A DNA stretch of 63,279 nucleotides, the filler included, from Choristocarpus tenellus KU-1152 (Eukaryota; Protista; Phaeophyceae), in the NCBI GenBank assembly GCA_964200185.2. It is 13 parts of 13 records of this genome, joined end to end, with 100 filler letters (N's around TTAATTAATTAA, not from the genome) between each part and the next. Parts side by side here need not be neighbours in the genome. Positions count along the whole stretch, not along the records: positions 32,763 to 38,987 come from CAXNAD020008638.1; positions 39,088 to 42,755 come from CAXNAD020018617.1; positions 42,856 to 46,100 come from CAXNAD020021298.1; positions 46,201 to 49,969 come from CAXNAD020018032.1; positions 50,070 to 54,691 come from CAXNAD020013754.1; 8 more parts are not named here. One strand, 5' to 3'. A model generated the notes under the pieces. That model was not told the DNA's origin and did not search any database. It saw only the letters and a list, made by a program, of their open reading frames with translations. Of the stretch, positions 38,923 to 50,324 are shown in pieces. The first letter of the stretch is position 1; the number at the start of each line of letters is the position of its first letter. The position numbers and the translations under genes were made by a program.

Positions 38923-39536
38923 CTGTAAGGGGGGGAAAAAAAAAAAAGACAAAAAATATTTGAAATTTTTAGATTGACAAGAGGCAGNNNNNNNNNNNNN
39001 NNNNNNNNNNNNNNNNNNNNNNNNNNNNNNNTTAATTAATTAANNNNNNNNNNNNNNNNNNNNNNNNNNNNNNNNNNNNNNNNNNNNATGGGTCAAGCCC
39101 ATCCTCAATGAAAAGTTCCATCCTCAATTCTTGAAATCTGCTGTTCTAGCTCCTCCCCCAGGGGTACAGGTGTAGGTAGATTGGAGACACAGGAAGGCAG
39201 TAGTACAGTATTGATAGTGGTGAAGTAGCAAATAGATTAGTGTCTTTCACATTTATGACATTTCTTTAGGGCTTATATTGACAATGTGTATAGTTTTCAC
39301 TGGTTTCCCTCCTGACACATCTGGAAAATGTCAGAGGGCATATTAACAAAAATAATACTAATAGGATTATTTTAGTAATAGTAATGTAAGGATATTTCTC
39401 TCCAATACCTTCACTACTACTAATAATGTGGAGTGAAAAATCAATGATAGGATCAATCAATTCTTGGGACACACTTCGAGGTTCTACGGCAAAGTCGTAC
39501 GTAATATAGAAAAGCTGAAACGCTCGACTCACCGCT

Positions 39537-41294
39537 ATGATCCACTATCCACGATATGGACAACAACGCATGGAGATGCTTCGACATGATGTTTCGAACA
39601 TGTCAACATCGCAGTGCGCGGATGGGGATGAGACATCAAGTGGTTCAGTTAGTTCAAAATCATCATGTACTCGAAAAAAAGTTCAAGAGTCCCCAACCCT
39701 CGCCCCGTTGTCAACACATCCAATCATCTGTACGCCGACGGGCAATCCGGGAGAGGATCCTTTCCACATCACGGAAAGTGCGAAGATTGCGCGCATCATT
39801 ATCGATAGTGTATTTGGGTTTTCAACGGTAAGTCATAGAACACCTCCGTCTCCCACTCGTGCCCCATTTAAACACTCCCAACTTGCGTTGGAATAACAAG
39901 ATGGTATTCAGAGGATGGGGGTTTTACAGATGATCTGTAGAAGGGCCTTTATTGCATGTTCAGCCTCTGCAGCTCGTATATATGACTGCCCATATGTAGC
40001 AATCTTATTCTCAATCAGGAGATATTCTTGCGCCCAGCGCACGGCGTGTAGGCACGTTTGGCTAACCAAATCCTTTCTATCACAACTAAAGAGTCTTTCC
40101 ATACAACCCAGAGAACCCCTCTCCTTCAACCAGGTGAAGAGCCATAAAGCTCGATAGTTCTCCTTTGAAATGTCTCTATAACCATAAAATGTGGGTGGAA
40201 TGATTGAGGCTGCATGTCCCGATCACGATCCGTTCCCCTGGAGGTCCAGATGTCCACAAAATGCAGAATGATGGTCAGAGTGAGCGACCGTCTTGGACAT
40301 TATGCAACAACGGCAAGAAGGCCATTAGATACAGACGAAGCAGAAGCCAGGGTGTCATGGTGTGAGGAGCTACAGGTACAATCAATGATATAGTGAGGGT
40401 CAGTTTACGGCCATTCCTTGTCCAGTACCTACTTCAACATTAGCCAAGGATAAGATCCTCCTCACCCTTTAAGCACAATCGACAAGAAAAGGGACCAATC
40501 CCTATTCGATGATCTATGCATTGGTATTGGTGATCCCAAACAATTGCTGCAACTGCAAGAGTTGATCTCATTTAACACTGGGGAAGGACGATATTTTCTA
40601 CTAATTGCCGTTTGCGCTCTATGCAAGCTGACCACTTGTCTTGAGATATATATATTAACAGGCAATTCACCCTTCCTATGCTTCACCATGACATAAATCC
40701 CAGGTTCCCACAATATCAGGAGTTAAATCACTCCTTGTTGAAGTGCTGCGCCTTCCAGTGAGCGCGGTATCTCCAAAACATGGAATGTGCAGTGGCAGTA
40801 GTGACAAGAAAGATAGGTTTGAAACAAGGGCAGATGATAATTCTGAGGGCCAGCTCAGTGATATCAACCTGGGCATAAAAAATGAACACAGGCTCCCCAG
40901 TAGCCCTGTCAGCTCAAGCACAATGGAGAAATCCAGGGTTGGGCACAGTCGGAGGGAATTGGAGGATAATGATTCCAAGCTTGAGGAAGGAGACATTATA
41001 GGCAAGGGACACACTAAACTCTCTCTTTTTCATATGGAAGAGGAGGAGTGGGGAGGAAATGAAAGGATTGGGGCAGTGGCACTACTGACATCACATATTG
41101 GGGAACATTGGCAAGATATGGCCTCTCCTGTGTTTGATGATAGGGGAGAAATTTCAGGCAGAGTTAAGCTCTGTGTCTGCTGGCAATCCACATCTTGTGA
41201 GCCACATCAGACCTTTGGGAGGGGACAGGGTAAGTCCTGTTTTGGCGTGCAGTGACAACCAAAATACGGTAGATTCGATAGTTTACCCAAGTTA

Positions 41295-41327
<33 letters not shown>

Positions 41328-41802
41328 GACAAAAACTGCTTAGAACATTGATTAAGTAGAAGTGATTCACACTGCTCTATACTTCAGACAATGAACACAA
41401 GAGTCTGGAGTTGCAAATGCAGGTGGCCAAGGAGAGGACAAACACTGAGGTACAAGAACACAACGTTAATAATTGGGTAGTCAGACATGGCCTTGATGAC
41501 ATCGCAGAAGTTGAGATGATCTACCTCGGGGTTCAACTCCCGTTCACCTGGCACAGGGGGGCTTCAAAGAGGAGCATTGACAGAGCTGTGCGTGAAACGC
41601 TCGGTGAGCACTTGTGATCTCATCACCGTGTCATAGCAGACAAACATTTTTTCCCCACAACTTTTGACACAATATAGTTACAGTGATGTGCACAATATTG
41701 CATGTCTTTCTTACCTAAACATAGGGATTCAACATTAATTTATGTGCGGATTGCCTAACAGAAACACTTCGGCATTGTCTCTGGTCTCCCCTGGCAAAAT
41801 AA
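39537..41802 (+). CDS. C2-domain-like protein (exons 39537-39827, 39912-40133, 40250-40375, 40704-41229, 41388-41603, possibly 41762-41802)
   Basis: Phase-consistent GT-AG chain. C2-type strand pattern: ARVSWCEELQVPTISGVKSLLVEVLR...ERIGAVALL...GEISGRVKLCVCW; also GVLQMICRRA..DCPYV..QRT..FNQ. Confidence 0.6.
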
Positions 41803-42052
41803 AGTTTCCGATCTTCTCTCCTACACACCTGGCAGGCATTATCAGCTCGTCTTCCTCAGTTTTCCTCTGTGATACTTCCAACGGCTTCCCTGTCTCCCTC
41901 GGGGCTCAGACACCTATGGGTCTTACCCTGGTGGCCCTAGTGCTAGAAAGTGCAAATTACCAAGCTGATGGAGAAAATTACAGGTGTGAGGCTAAAAAGG
42001 GACATGAGAGGATGCCACCCTGTGGTGAAGAGTCTTGCAACAAACAGAAAAT

Positions 42053-42309
42053 GAGTGAAAGTATCTTAGAGGGTACGAGTTTTACCCTGTTTGTCCATTT
42101 GGGACTTGGCTTCCCACAGGTGTTTTATGACATTTTCCTACTCCGATATGTTTCAGAGTAGGAAAAATTTGCACGTTATGAAAAGGTGTGTCCGGAACAA
42201 GGATATTGACACTTGCCCAAAAACTCGATAGTCAAATTACATCAAAATCGGAACATTGGAATTTGACCTCCAAATGGACGCGGCTCTACCCTCTAAGATA
42301 CTTTGGCTC
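42053..42309 (+). mobile_element. MITE family A
   Basis: Both TIRs; TSD AAT/AAT. Confidence 0.92.
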
Positions 42310-42558
42310 AATGGAGAAATGAGTTCATGGACGGAACCCAAGAGAGGGGATGCAGGATACTTCTCGTTGATAAGCTTTGTCTCTGTTAAAAATAGACAAG
42401 TGTTGGCTAGACCTTTCAATTTATGCACCTTCATTCTCACCTTAGGGTATCTAAAGTCACATGCATAAATTACACTTTTCCCACACCCACAGTTGCTATA
42501 GTGGACTGCCGTTAGAGTAGTGATGGTGATCCCCAGCACCCTTCAAAAGGTTGGTTGC

Positions 42559-42734
42559 AACTCAAAGTATCTGGGGGGGGGGGGGATGGCGACTGTCCAT
42601 TCGGGGTCAATTTTTTTATGTATGATTTGGTTGCATACATCGGATGGATACTGTAAGTGCACTTTTCCTGGTTATGGTCCAAATGGACACCCTGGTGCAG
42701 ACCCCCCTCTCCCATGATATTTACTTTGGGACCC
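42559..42734 (-). mobile_element. MITE family B
   Basis: AACTCAAAGTATCTG(G)n...ACTTTGGGACCC; interior (aagtgcacttttcctg, ggtccaaatggacaccctggtg) shared with 23969-24149. Confidence 0.85.
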
Positions 42735-43007
42735 TGCCTATATTTAATCCACTTCNNNNNNNNNNNNNNNNNNNNNNNNNNNNNNNNNNNNNNNNNNNNT
42801 TAATTAATTAANNNNNNNNNNNNNNNNNNNNNNNNNNNNNNNNNNNNNNNNNNNNCCCCCCCCCCCCCCCTTGGTATTCCAGATAAGGTACACCACTAAA
42901 CTCACAATGAAATCATGAAGTCACATAGAGAGACGAGAAGTCAAGAGATTAGGTTCTGTTGGCCGCCTTGTAACTTCCACTCACCAAAAAGAAAAAACAA
43001 ATACTGC

Positions 43008-45819
43008 ATACCAAGAGACAACCACTTTCAAATATCCCACGGAAGCATCTACCCACAGCCACCAGAGGCCCGATGGCATCACCCCCAAGGGAAAAGCATA
43101 TGGATAGGATCACAGTCAGCACCAAAACATCCTGAAGTAAGAATAAAGAAAAACATTCCAAAAAATCCGATTACAATTTGATACGTACAGTATATACTAT
43201 ACAGTATATCTTATGAGTATGCCCATCAGCAACTCTTGACCAAAACCCTAACCTTACAACCTGGTCTCTCTAAATCGGTCTACCTACTAATTTTTCCACG
43301 TGCTGGTGGTACTAGAGACTGACATGGGGGTGGTTGTTACATTGCTGTCCTCCAATCAGTACTAAATTGAATCCTTGAAAAGAGGGTTGATACTCACTTG
43401 GACTCATTCACTCAGGAGGTCCCTTTCTCGCAGGATAATCTTACTTCACAAACAACTCACCTTCATCGTCCACCTCTCTCTCCTCCTTGACAGGGCCTTG
43501 ATCACCACCATCACCATCACCACCACCACCACCACCACCACCACCATCACTTTGTCGCTTCTCTCTACCTACCAAGGATGCTGTCACTGCCTTCATATAC
43601 TCCGCCCCATCCCCTGACACGAGCGCTCCAAGAACTGAGGTTGCAGCCAGCTGGAGCCTCCCTGAGTCTACACCTCCTCCAAACCCTGTCCCAACAAGGA
43701 AAGGCCCTGAGGTTATTGTCTGAACAGCTTGGATCACTACGGACACCGGTAAGCCATCACCATCCATCGCCTGTCCAAGGTGATTTCCCTTGTCACTGCC
43801 CTTATCCCTTCCATTGGCCAAGTGACTGCCCCCCTTCTCCTCCTCAGCCACCTCCTCTCCTTGAACCTTGTCTCCCTTGCTCAAGGAGGCAGGAGTGTTT
43901 CCATCGACCAATCCCGTGGGTGGTTGTAGCAGTGGCTTACAAAGGACTCCTCTGGGGTGGTATGCACGTTTGTTTAGATAGATTAGATCGATCAATCTAA
44001 GATGCTCCCTCCTGTCTAGTGCTTTTCAATACATCTTCTGGAGTGGAGATCTTCAAGCACTTCAAGTTCATGACCCCTCCTCAAAAGACATGGCACATAG
44101 GCATATGCAAGAAAGACTCCAGAATACTCTCAATTCAGAGCCAATATCATACTACCTTTCCCCTACAAATCCAAGTACGCCATGAAATTAAAAAGAGAAC
44201 ATTTGAAATCTAGTTAAGCCATAAGCACCCAACGGGACACGTACCGCACAGCAGCTACAACAAACGACCAATCAAAACCCGTCATCTCACCTCAGGCCAA
44301 TCAGAAACATCACTGCGGCATTCTCAGAAGTCTGTCCCTCATCGTCCTCCCCTTCATCCCATTCCTCTTGGAGTAAATCAAGACCGTTCACACTCATTTT
44401 CCGGTGATGAGGAATGTTCTGGCGTCGGTTCAGCCTTGGCGGTGTCAACAAAACATAAAAAAAAGGTGAGGAGTCACATCAAGATAGACTTGAAATAACA
44501 CACACATTAGGGCTAGGGATTGATTGCATACAAACAAGAAGGTTCACTTGTATTGATGAGGTAACCTCCGCTCCATAACATAACATTTCAAAGAAAATTG
44601 AGTGCGCTCTTGTGGTCAACTGAACCAATTACTAAGTGTTTTTATTGTTCTCAGTCAATATCGATACAATTTGACCCAAGTACTGGCCACCTTCTGTGAC
44701 TGGTGGCACATCCTTACCACAAGCATAATACACAATATACAATCACTTAACAAACTATGTTGACTATGTTGAAGGGGGCAGTCAACTCAACCAACGGAAT
44801 GACCTCTACACAGGAGTATAAACAAGATGCCATTGTCTGCAGGCAGTAAGAGCATGAGAGTGTCAGCACTTGAAAGACTCTTCTGTCGCTGCCCCATGCC
44901 CCACATACATGGTCAACCATGGCAAAATACACAAAGAGCATGTCAGCTTGCAAATAGGCGCACACAAATAAATCCCTCTAACCCTACCTGTAACACTCAA
45001 AGTTTCTTCACACACACAGCCTCCTCCCAAGTCACACAACAACAACAACCTCAAAAAAAGGTATGTTTAGATACGCAAGGAACTTAGAATGAAACAAACA
45101 ACTGTTGAGAACGTAGCTGTTTGTACCTAGATTTTTTTTTTTTTGACTAAAAATAGCTTTCGATGCAGTTACTCAAATAGAACCGAAATGATACACGAAA
45201 CTTTTTTTTTTTGATGGAGTTACACTTCGGCAGGGCACGCAGTGTGCGTGTCATACGCACGAGAAACAAGAAAGGGATCGAGCCTGTCTCTAAGCGGATT
45301 CCGATACTTTCCCTCCATCAATTGAACTGTAGCGATTCACAATACCAAGTACCAAGTACCAACTAAGTACCAACTACCAAGTACCAACCAAGTACCATAA
45401 AATATGTACTTGGGAGTGTTTATCATTGTGTTTATCATCCACATCACAAACACACACACACACACACACACACAAAAACAAACAAACCAACACTCCAGAC
45501 AACTACGCACTTTCCTTGTGCTCTCCACTCCTTAGCACCCTCCAACACAAGCACACTTTGACATGGTCCTCTCCACTCACCCATCCCTGGCATCTATGAG
45601 ACCACATATAAAAACTGAAGCCAGGAACTTGGCAGCCTCCCCTTTGCCCTCCACCATAGCCCCCTCTTGCCTCAACTCAATTGCAACTGCAGCTGCCATT
45701 GCTGGCCACCTTCCCCGAAGTGGGCCCTTAACTAGCCTGGGGTTCAACCCTGAAGGATAGGTCAAGCCAGCTGCTTCATTGCAAGGGGTCACTTTTGGCC
45801 ATAGGCCGCTAGAGTCTCC
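43008..45819 (-). CDS. Unknown protein, internal exons (45819-45581, 44434-44291, 44011-~43445, ~43131-43008)
   Basis: The first three exons join in phase with canonical sites. The link to the last exon (DVLVLTVILSICFSLGGDAIGPLVAVGRC) is not resolved. No domain recognised. Confidence 0.6.
45201..45335 (-). mobile_element. Possible tRNA-derived SINE
   Basis: Minus strand has A-box-like TACAGTTCAATTGATGG, B-box-like GGCTCGATCCC, hairpin GTGCGT-ATGAC-ACGCAC and an A11 tail. Single copy in the window. Confidence 0.35.
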
Positions 45820-47215
45820 CTGACAATAAAGATATGGGAGTACAATATTGATTAAAATTGGGATTAACAATAACATCAACATACACATGGTAAAGGCCAT
45901 TCTCGTGTTGGTGCCCTTGGAAGGGGCTGCACGGGGGAGAAGGCATCGCATTCTATTGACTCAATGTGAGATTCAATACATTTAATTGGTCCAAATCTAG
46001 TCTTTCCTCGGAGTAATGGCCCCCACCCCTCACTGATGACACTATACATAAAATTAGTGCCCTGCCGGGAGTGCATGTCCAATTTTTTCACACCTCTAGG
46101 NNNNNNNNNNNNNNNNNNNNNNNNNNNNNNNNNNNNNNNNNNNNTTAATTAATTAANNNNNNNNNNNNNNNNNNNNNNNNNNNNNNNNNNNNNNNNNNNN
46201 CTTCCGAGTCTGTAAACCCCCCCCCCCCCCCTCCCCAGATACTTTGGGTCAACCATAAACCAGAACATAAATCAGTCATGTGTAGCCCGAGGAAAATGGC
46301 ACCATACACGCATAGTTGGATTTCTGAACAGAACTTCTGGATCGCCTATAGGAAATGGCCTCAGAATATGGACTGTGCCTTGTACAAAAAGATAACCAGT
46401 ATGATGAAGCTCAGCTCTAAAGTCAAATACAGTTACTGTAATGTAAGAGTACTTCGAAGTAGTAGTGTTGGGCAGCTATCTGACACCATGTTCAATAATC
46501 CCCTTACTCGGCATTCGTATGTTTGTTTTTGTGAATTAGAAGGTGATCAGAAATGTAGATACTCCTGCACTATTACCAGGGCATTGTCTCTGGTTGCAAG
46601 ACCGCTAAAGTCGATATCTTCGTACTCTACCTCTCACCTGAATATTCATTAACGGTAAGAAATCCATATAATATTAATTATGTGACTATCCAAGCATCAA
46701 CTTGGTAAAAAATGTGCAACGCACACAACTACTCTTGCCTGTCAACCTCAACCCGCAACACAGCAGTAAGTACAACCAGTGTCTTATACTCTTGAAAACT
46801 TCAACCAGTCAGCAGTCTAGTATGCTGTTACCTAGCCCAGAAAAATTTAATGACAATATATACAAAACCATAAACTTACATCCACTCAAAACAAGAAAAC
46901 ATCAGCTCAACGCTCATGCCCCTTCATTCTACTACTTAAGAGCACAGCACAGTACAGGATCATCTGGAACTTGCTTAGCATACCACTCTACCTATCACAA
47001 CACACACACATACACATCAATTCATTATGATGCTGGTTGGATGTAACAGTCTCTGCTTTCACCCAATTCATATCCATGAGGTGGAACTAAGGACCACCAT
47101 GCCTCCATGCCCAGTAGACGCTATAATTGGTCCATAGCCAAGAGACGAGGGCAATCTGCCCTTGGTGCAGTGCTACAAATTGCCTTTTTACACAAAAGGT
47201 GCTGACATCATCGTT

Positions 47216-47287
47216 TTATACTCCCCTCCCATTTCCAAACTCTTGTGCTATAAGATCGCTCACTTGGGTAGCAAAGCTCTCCACAAC
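47216..47287 (-). CDS. Isolated probable terminal exon VVESFATQVSDLIAQEFGNGRGV*
   Basis: cacag acceptor followed by 23 codons and a stop; parent gene uncertain. Confidence 0.3.
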   Translation of the reverse strand, partial: VVESFATQVSDLIAQEFGNGRGV

Positions 47288-47499
47288 CTGTGCTTGTGGT
47301 AAGGCAAGGTGGTATGTATATGGGGGGGGGGGGGGGGGGGGGGAGGGGAGGGNNNNNNNNNNGGGGGGATGGAGAAGGAGGTATTTTTGACTGAGATGGT
47401 TAGGCGCTGTTCCTAACACCATCGTTTAAAAAGTCTGTAATGTTTTATTCGTATCTGAAAGAGAGCTTCGATGGGAAAAAAAAGGTTTCGAAATGCTTG

Positions 47500-48800
47500 T
47501 ATATGAACTAGTCTTTGCTGCACTCCTCGTCCTCATGGTCACCATCCACGAACCATGCATGGCAATTTTTCTGATCTTTCCTGTCCACTGAGCCTGTTCT
47601 ACTCCAACATGTGCTCAACCTTGTCGTTGCTGTCCCCACAGCTCTCCAATACAGCATTGCTCTTACTCAAAATTACCTCAACTAACTTCTGAACTGAGGT
47701 AGACTGAACCCTCACCACCCATGTCTTGAGAAACCAAAAGAAGCCCAAATCATTGCTGGGGTCTGGAGACTACACCACCTCTGTCGCTATTTCAGCTAAA
47801 CACGTCTATGACTTCCCTGTTGTCAAGACGATCCACGGCCTCTTCTTGACCATGTGAGAGGTTAATCAATCCTGCACGCCTCAAGACGACATGCCTTGTG
47901 ATACCCCTATTGCAGAAAAGCTGACTCTGTGCGCTTTATGGGTTGCGATAAGCACAGGAATAGACTGACCCAAAGTATCTCAGAGGGTAGAGCCACGTCC
48001 ATTTGGGGGCCAAAATCCAATGTTGCGATTTCGATGTAATTTTGGCTATTGTGTCTGTTAGGAAGTGTCAATATCCTTGTTCCGGACACATCTTTTCAGA
48101 ACGTATAAATTTTACCTACTCCGAAACATGTCATAAAAACCTCAAGGGAAGCCAAGCCCCAAATGGACAAACAGGGCAAAACTCGTACCCTCTAAGATAC
48201 TTTCACTCATTGAGTGATGCTTCATCTTGGCCCTTGTCTTGCTTTAGAGGTATCTCCAGAGCACGATAGCAGCAATATTGACGTCTTCTTAAGTCAGTTA
48301 CAACACAACCTGATGTACCATGAGGGCGAGCAAGTTGGGATTGACAGCGCCCACTATGTCTGTAACACCTCTGTTGATCTCCATTGGCTGCCCAGACCCC
48401 GGGACCATAGATATGTTGAGGCTAAGATCCCAATCAAGCTGAGTGGCAGCCTTGCTTCACAGGTTGGTCATAGTCTGGGGATGAACCTCATACTTCATTT
48501 CCAAAGCACCTCCCCAGAAGTCATGTGGGTAGCACCAAGTTCATTGCCATATGTGCATGAGACGTGCTGTGCTGTCCCTAAGTACAATTCAGCGCCTCTT
48601 TTCATGATTGAAGAAGCAGGGTCGGCCCTCCATAGGGCTGAGTTTGTACCCACCCTCCCTCTGAAACCTTGCCAACATGGGGTTTGGTATCCATGCTGGT
48701 ATCGCAGGGGAAGAACTACGATTTCCTAAATTTGATGTCGGCAGCTTCTCTACGATTTCGACTACAAAATTCAACAAGAAAACTTTGGTTCTTTCCACTG
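47500..48800 (-). mobile_element. Second degenerate plant-type mariner transposase remnant
   Basis: SPDPSNDLGFFWFLK at ~47725-47770 (compare SPDLNVLDLGFF.SL). Only weak N-terminal similarity near 48480-48660, so boundaries are approximate. Interrupted by MITE A. Confidence 0.55.
47967..48208 (-). mobile_element. MITE family A, nested in a mariner remnant
   Basis: Both TIRs; flanks ACT/ATT; short internal deletion. Confidence 0.9.
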
Positions 48801-50324
48801 CCATACAGAGCACGTGTGCATGTGGGTAAGGTAACTCACCCCTAAAGTTTAAAACCGAAATAGTATCTTATGGTAAGTTCTGTTTTTCTTAAAAAGAAAG
48901 CCTACCTATCTACATACAGTACACATATTAAAACCTTTAAAATGAAATTATTATGATACGGTCATTAGTGGCTTTAATACAAAGGAAAACCTACCAATGT
49001 AATACATATTTTGATGCAGGGTTCACAAAGGACACAAACCTGAACCCTAACCTAAGTGTATCTATTAACAAAAGGAAAAGCTATTCCACCCTTCGTATCA
49101 CACAAAGATCATAGTCACATAATGGACACACCCACAGATGGAGTGAAACCGTCAACAACAGGAGTGTGAAAAAAAAAGGTAGGGAGGAACTGTCCACTGG
49201 AATGCATCAATATCGCAAACAATTTCCAGGGCAGGGTGGATAACATTTTTGCGGAGCATTGTGTACTACTCAGTATGTGTGAATATTGGGCATCGGTACT
49301 ATAGAGTCTTAAGTGCTTTCAATGTTGCGATGCCCTGGTACACTTCACAGTCATCAGCCTACAAATGCAGAGAGGAAAAAGAGTTCAAGGAGTAGATCTT
49401 AAGAAAATGTTTACCCAGCAATTCCACCTCGGATCTGTGTAAAATGTTGCAGTAAAAGAAGGTAGAGAGATGTATCCAGACATAGACATTGTCACCATTA
49501 TTAAATGGAAGCAAAGCACCTTTACCCAAGGTAGAATGCACATGCAACTTGAAATCCAAGGGAAAAGAAGGGACCATGTTTGCTCAATTCACCAACACAT
49601 CAGGAACATAGAGTGCTGTAATACACTTCCACACCATGTTTGTTATGCATCCACGTTTGCAACAAGTGCACACAGTAAATGCTAGACATATTTTCTATTT
49701 GTGTGTGTGCCAGCTCAGGTTGATGAAGCATGCAATGGTGAGGCATTTCTATACTTCGAATGGTGCAGGTAGTTATGGTACAGTAGTAGGATCAACAGAG
49801 TTCAAGAGCTTTTCTGACCCATAACGATAGCCTAAACTGCAGTTTTCAATCAAACCAAAGTGCTGTACGATTTAGTACACACCAAGTAAAGCTGGGTGGG
49901 AGCACAGGGAAGCCAAGTCTAGCACATGTGCAACCATTAAGGAGTGTTTGTGTGTGTGGGGGGGGAGGGNNNNNNNNNNNNNNNNNNNNNNNNNNNNNNN
50001 NNNNNNNNNNNNNTTAATTAATTAANNNNNNNNNNNNNNNNNNNNNNNNNNNNNNNNNNNNNNNNNNNNGGTTTGAAGGGATTGATGGCATTGCAGGGAC
50101 AGAAGAGGGAGGAAGAACAGCTGAGGGGGGGGGGGGGGGAGGGGGGGGGAAACAACGAGTGTTCTTACATTATAAGCACCATTCACAAGTTACATTCACA
50201 AGGGTCTGGTAGAATCATTTTGTGTGGTGTATGGTGCAGGGTTGCAGCAATAGTGATAGCTAGGGCTTAAAGGTTACTAGGGACAAGGATTAGGGATAGG
50301 GCTATGATGTAAGTTTTCAGAGAC

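Noticed and set aside
42949-43161. PiT/PHO4 phosphate transporter suggested by GGDAIGPLVA
   Set aside because: It lacks the HGANDVAN signature, and the neighbouring exons are not transporter-like.
47216-47287. Last exon of the NDC1-like gene
   Set aside because: Different contig, and the intervening conserved NDH-2 exons are not found; left unassigned.
48214-48729. 171-aa + strand ORF as a gene
   Set aside because: No domain or splice support; it overlaps the antisense strand of the probable mariner remnant.
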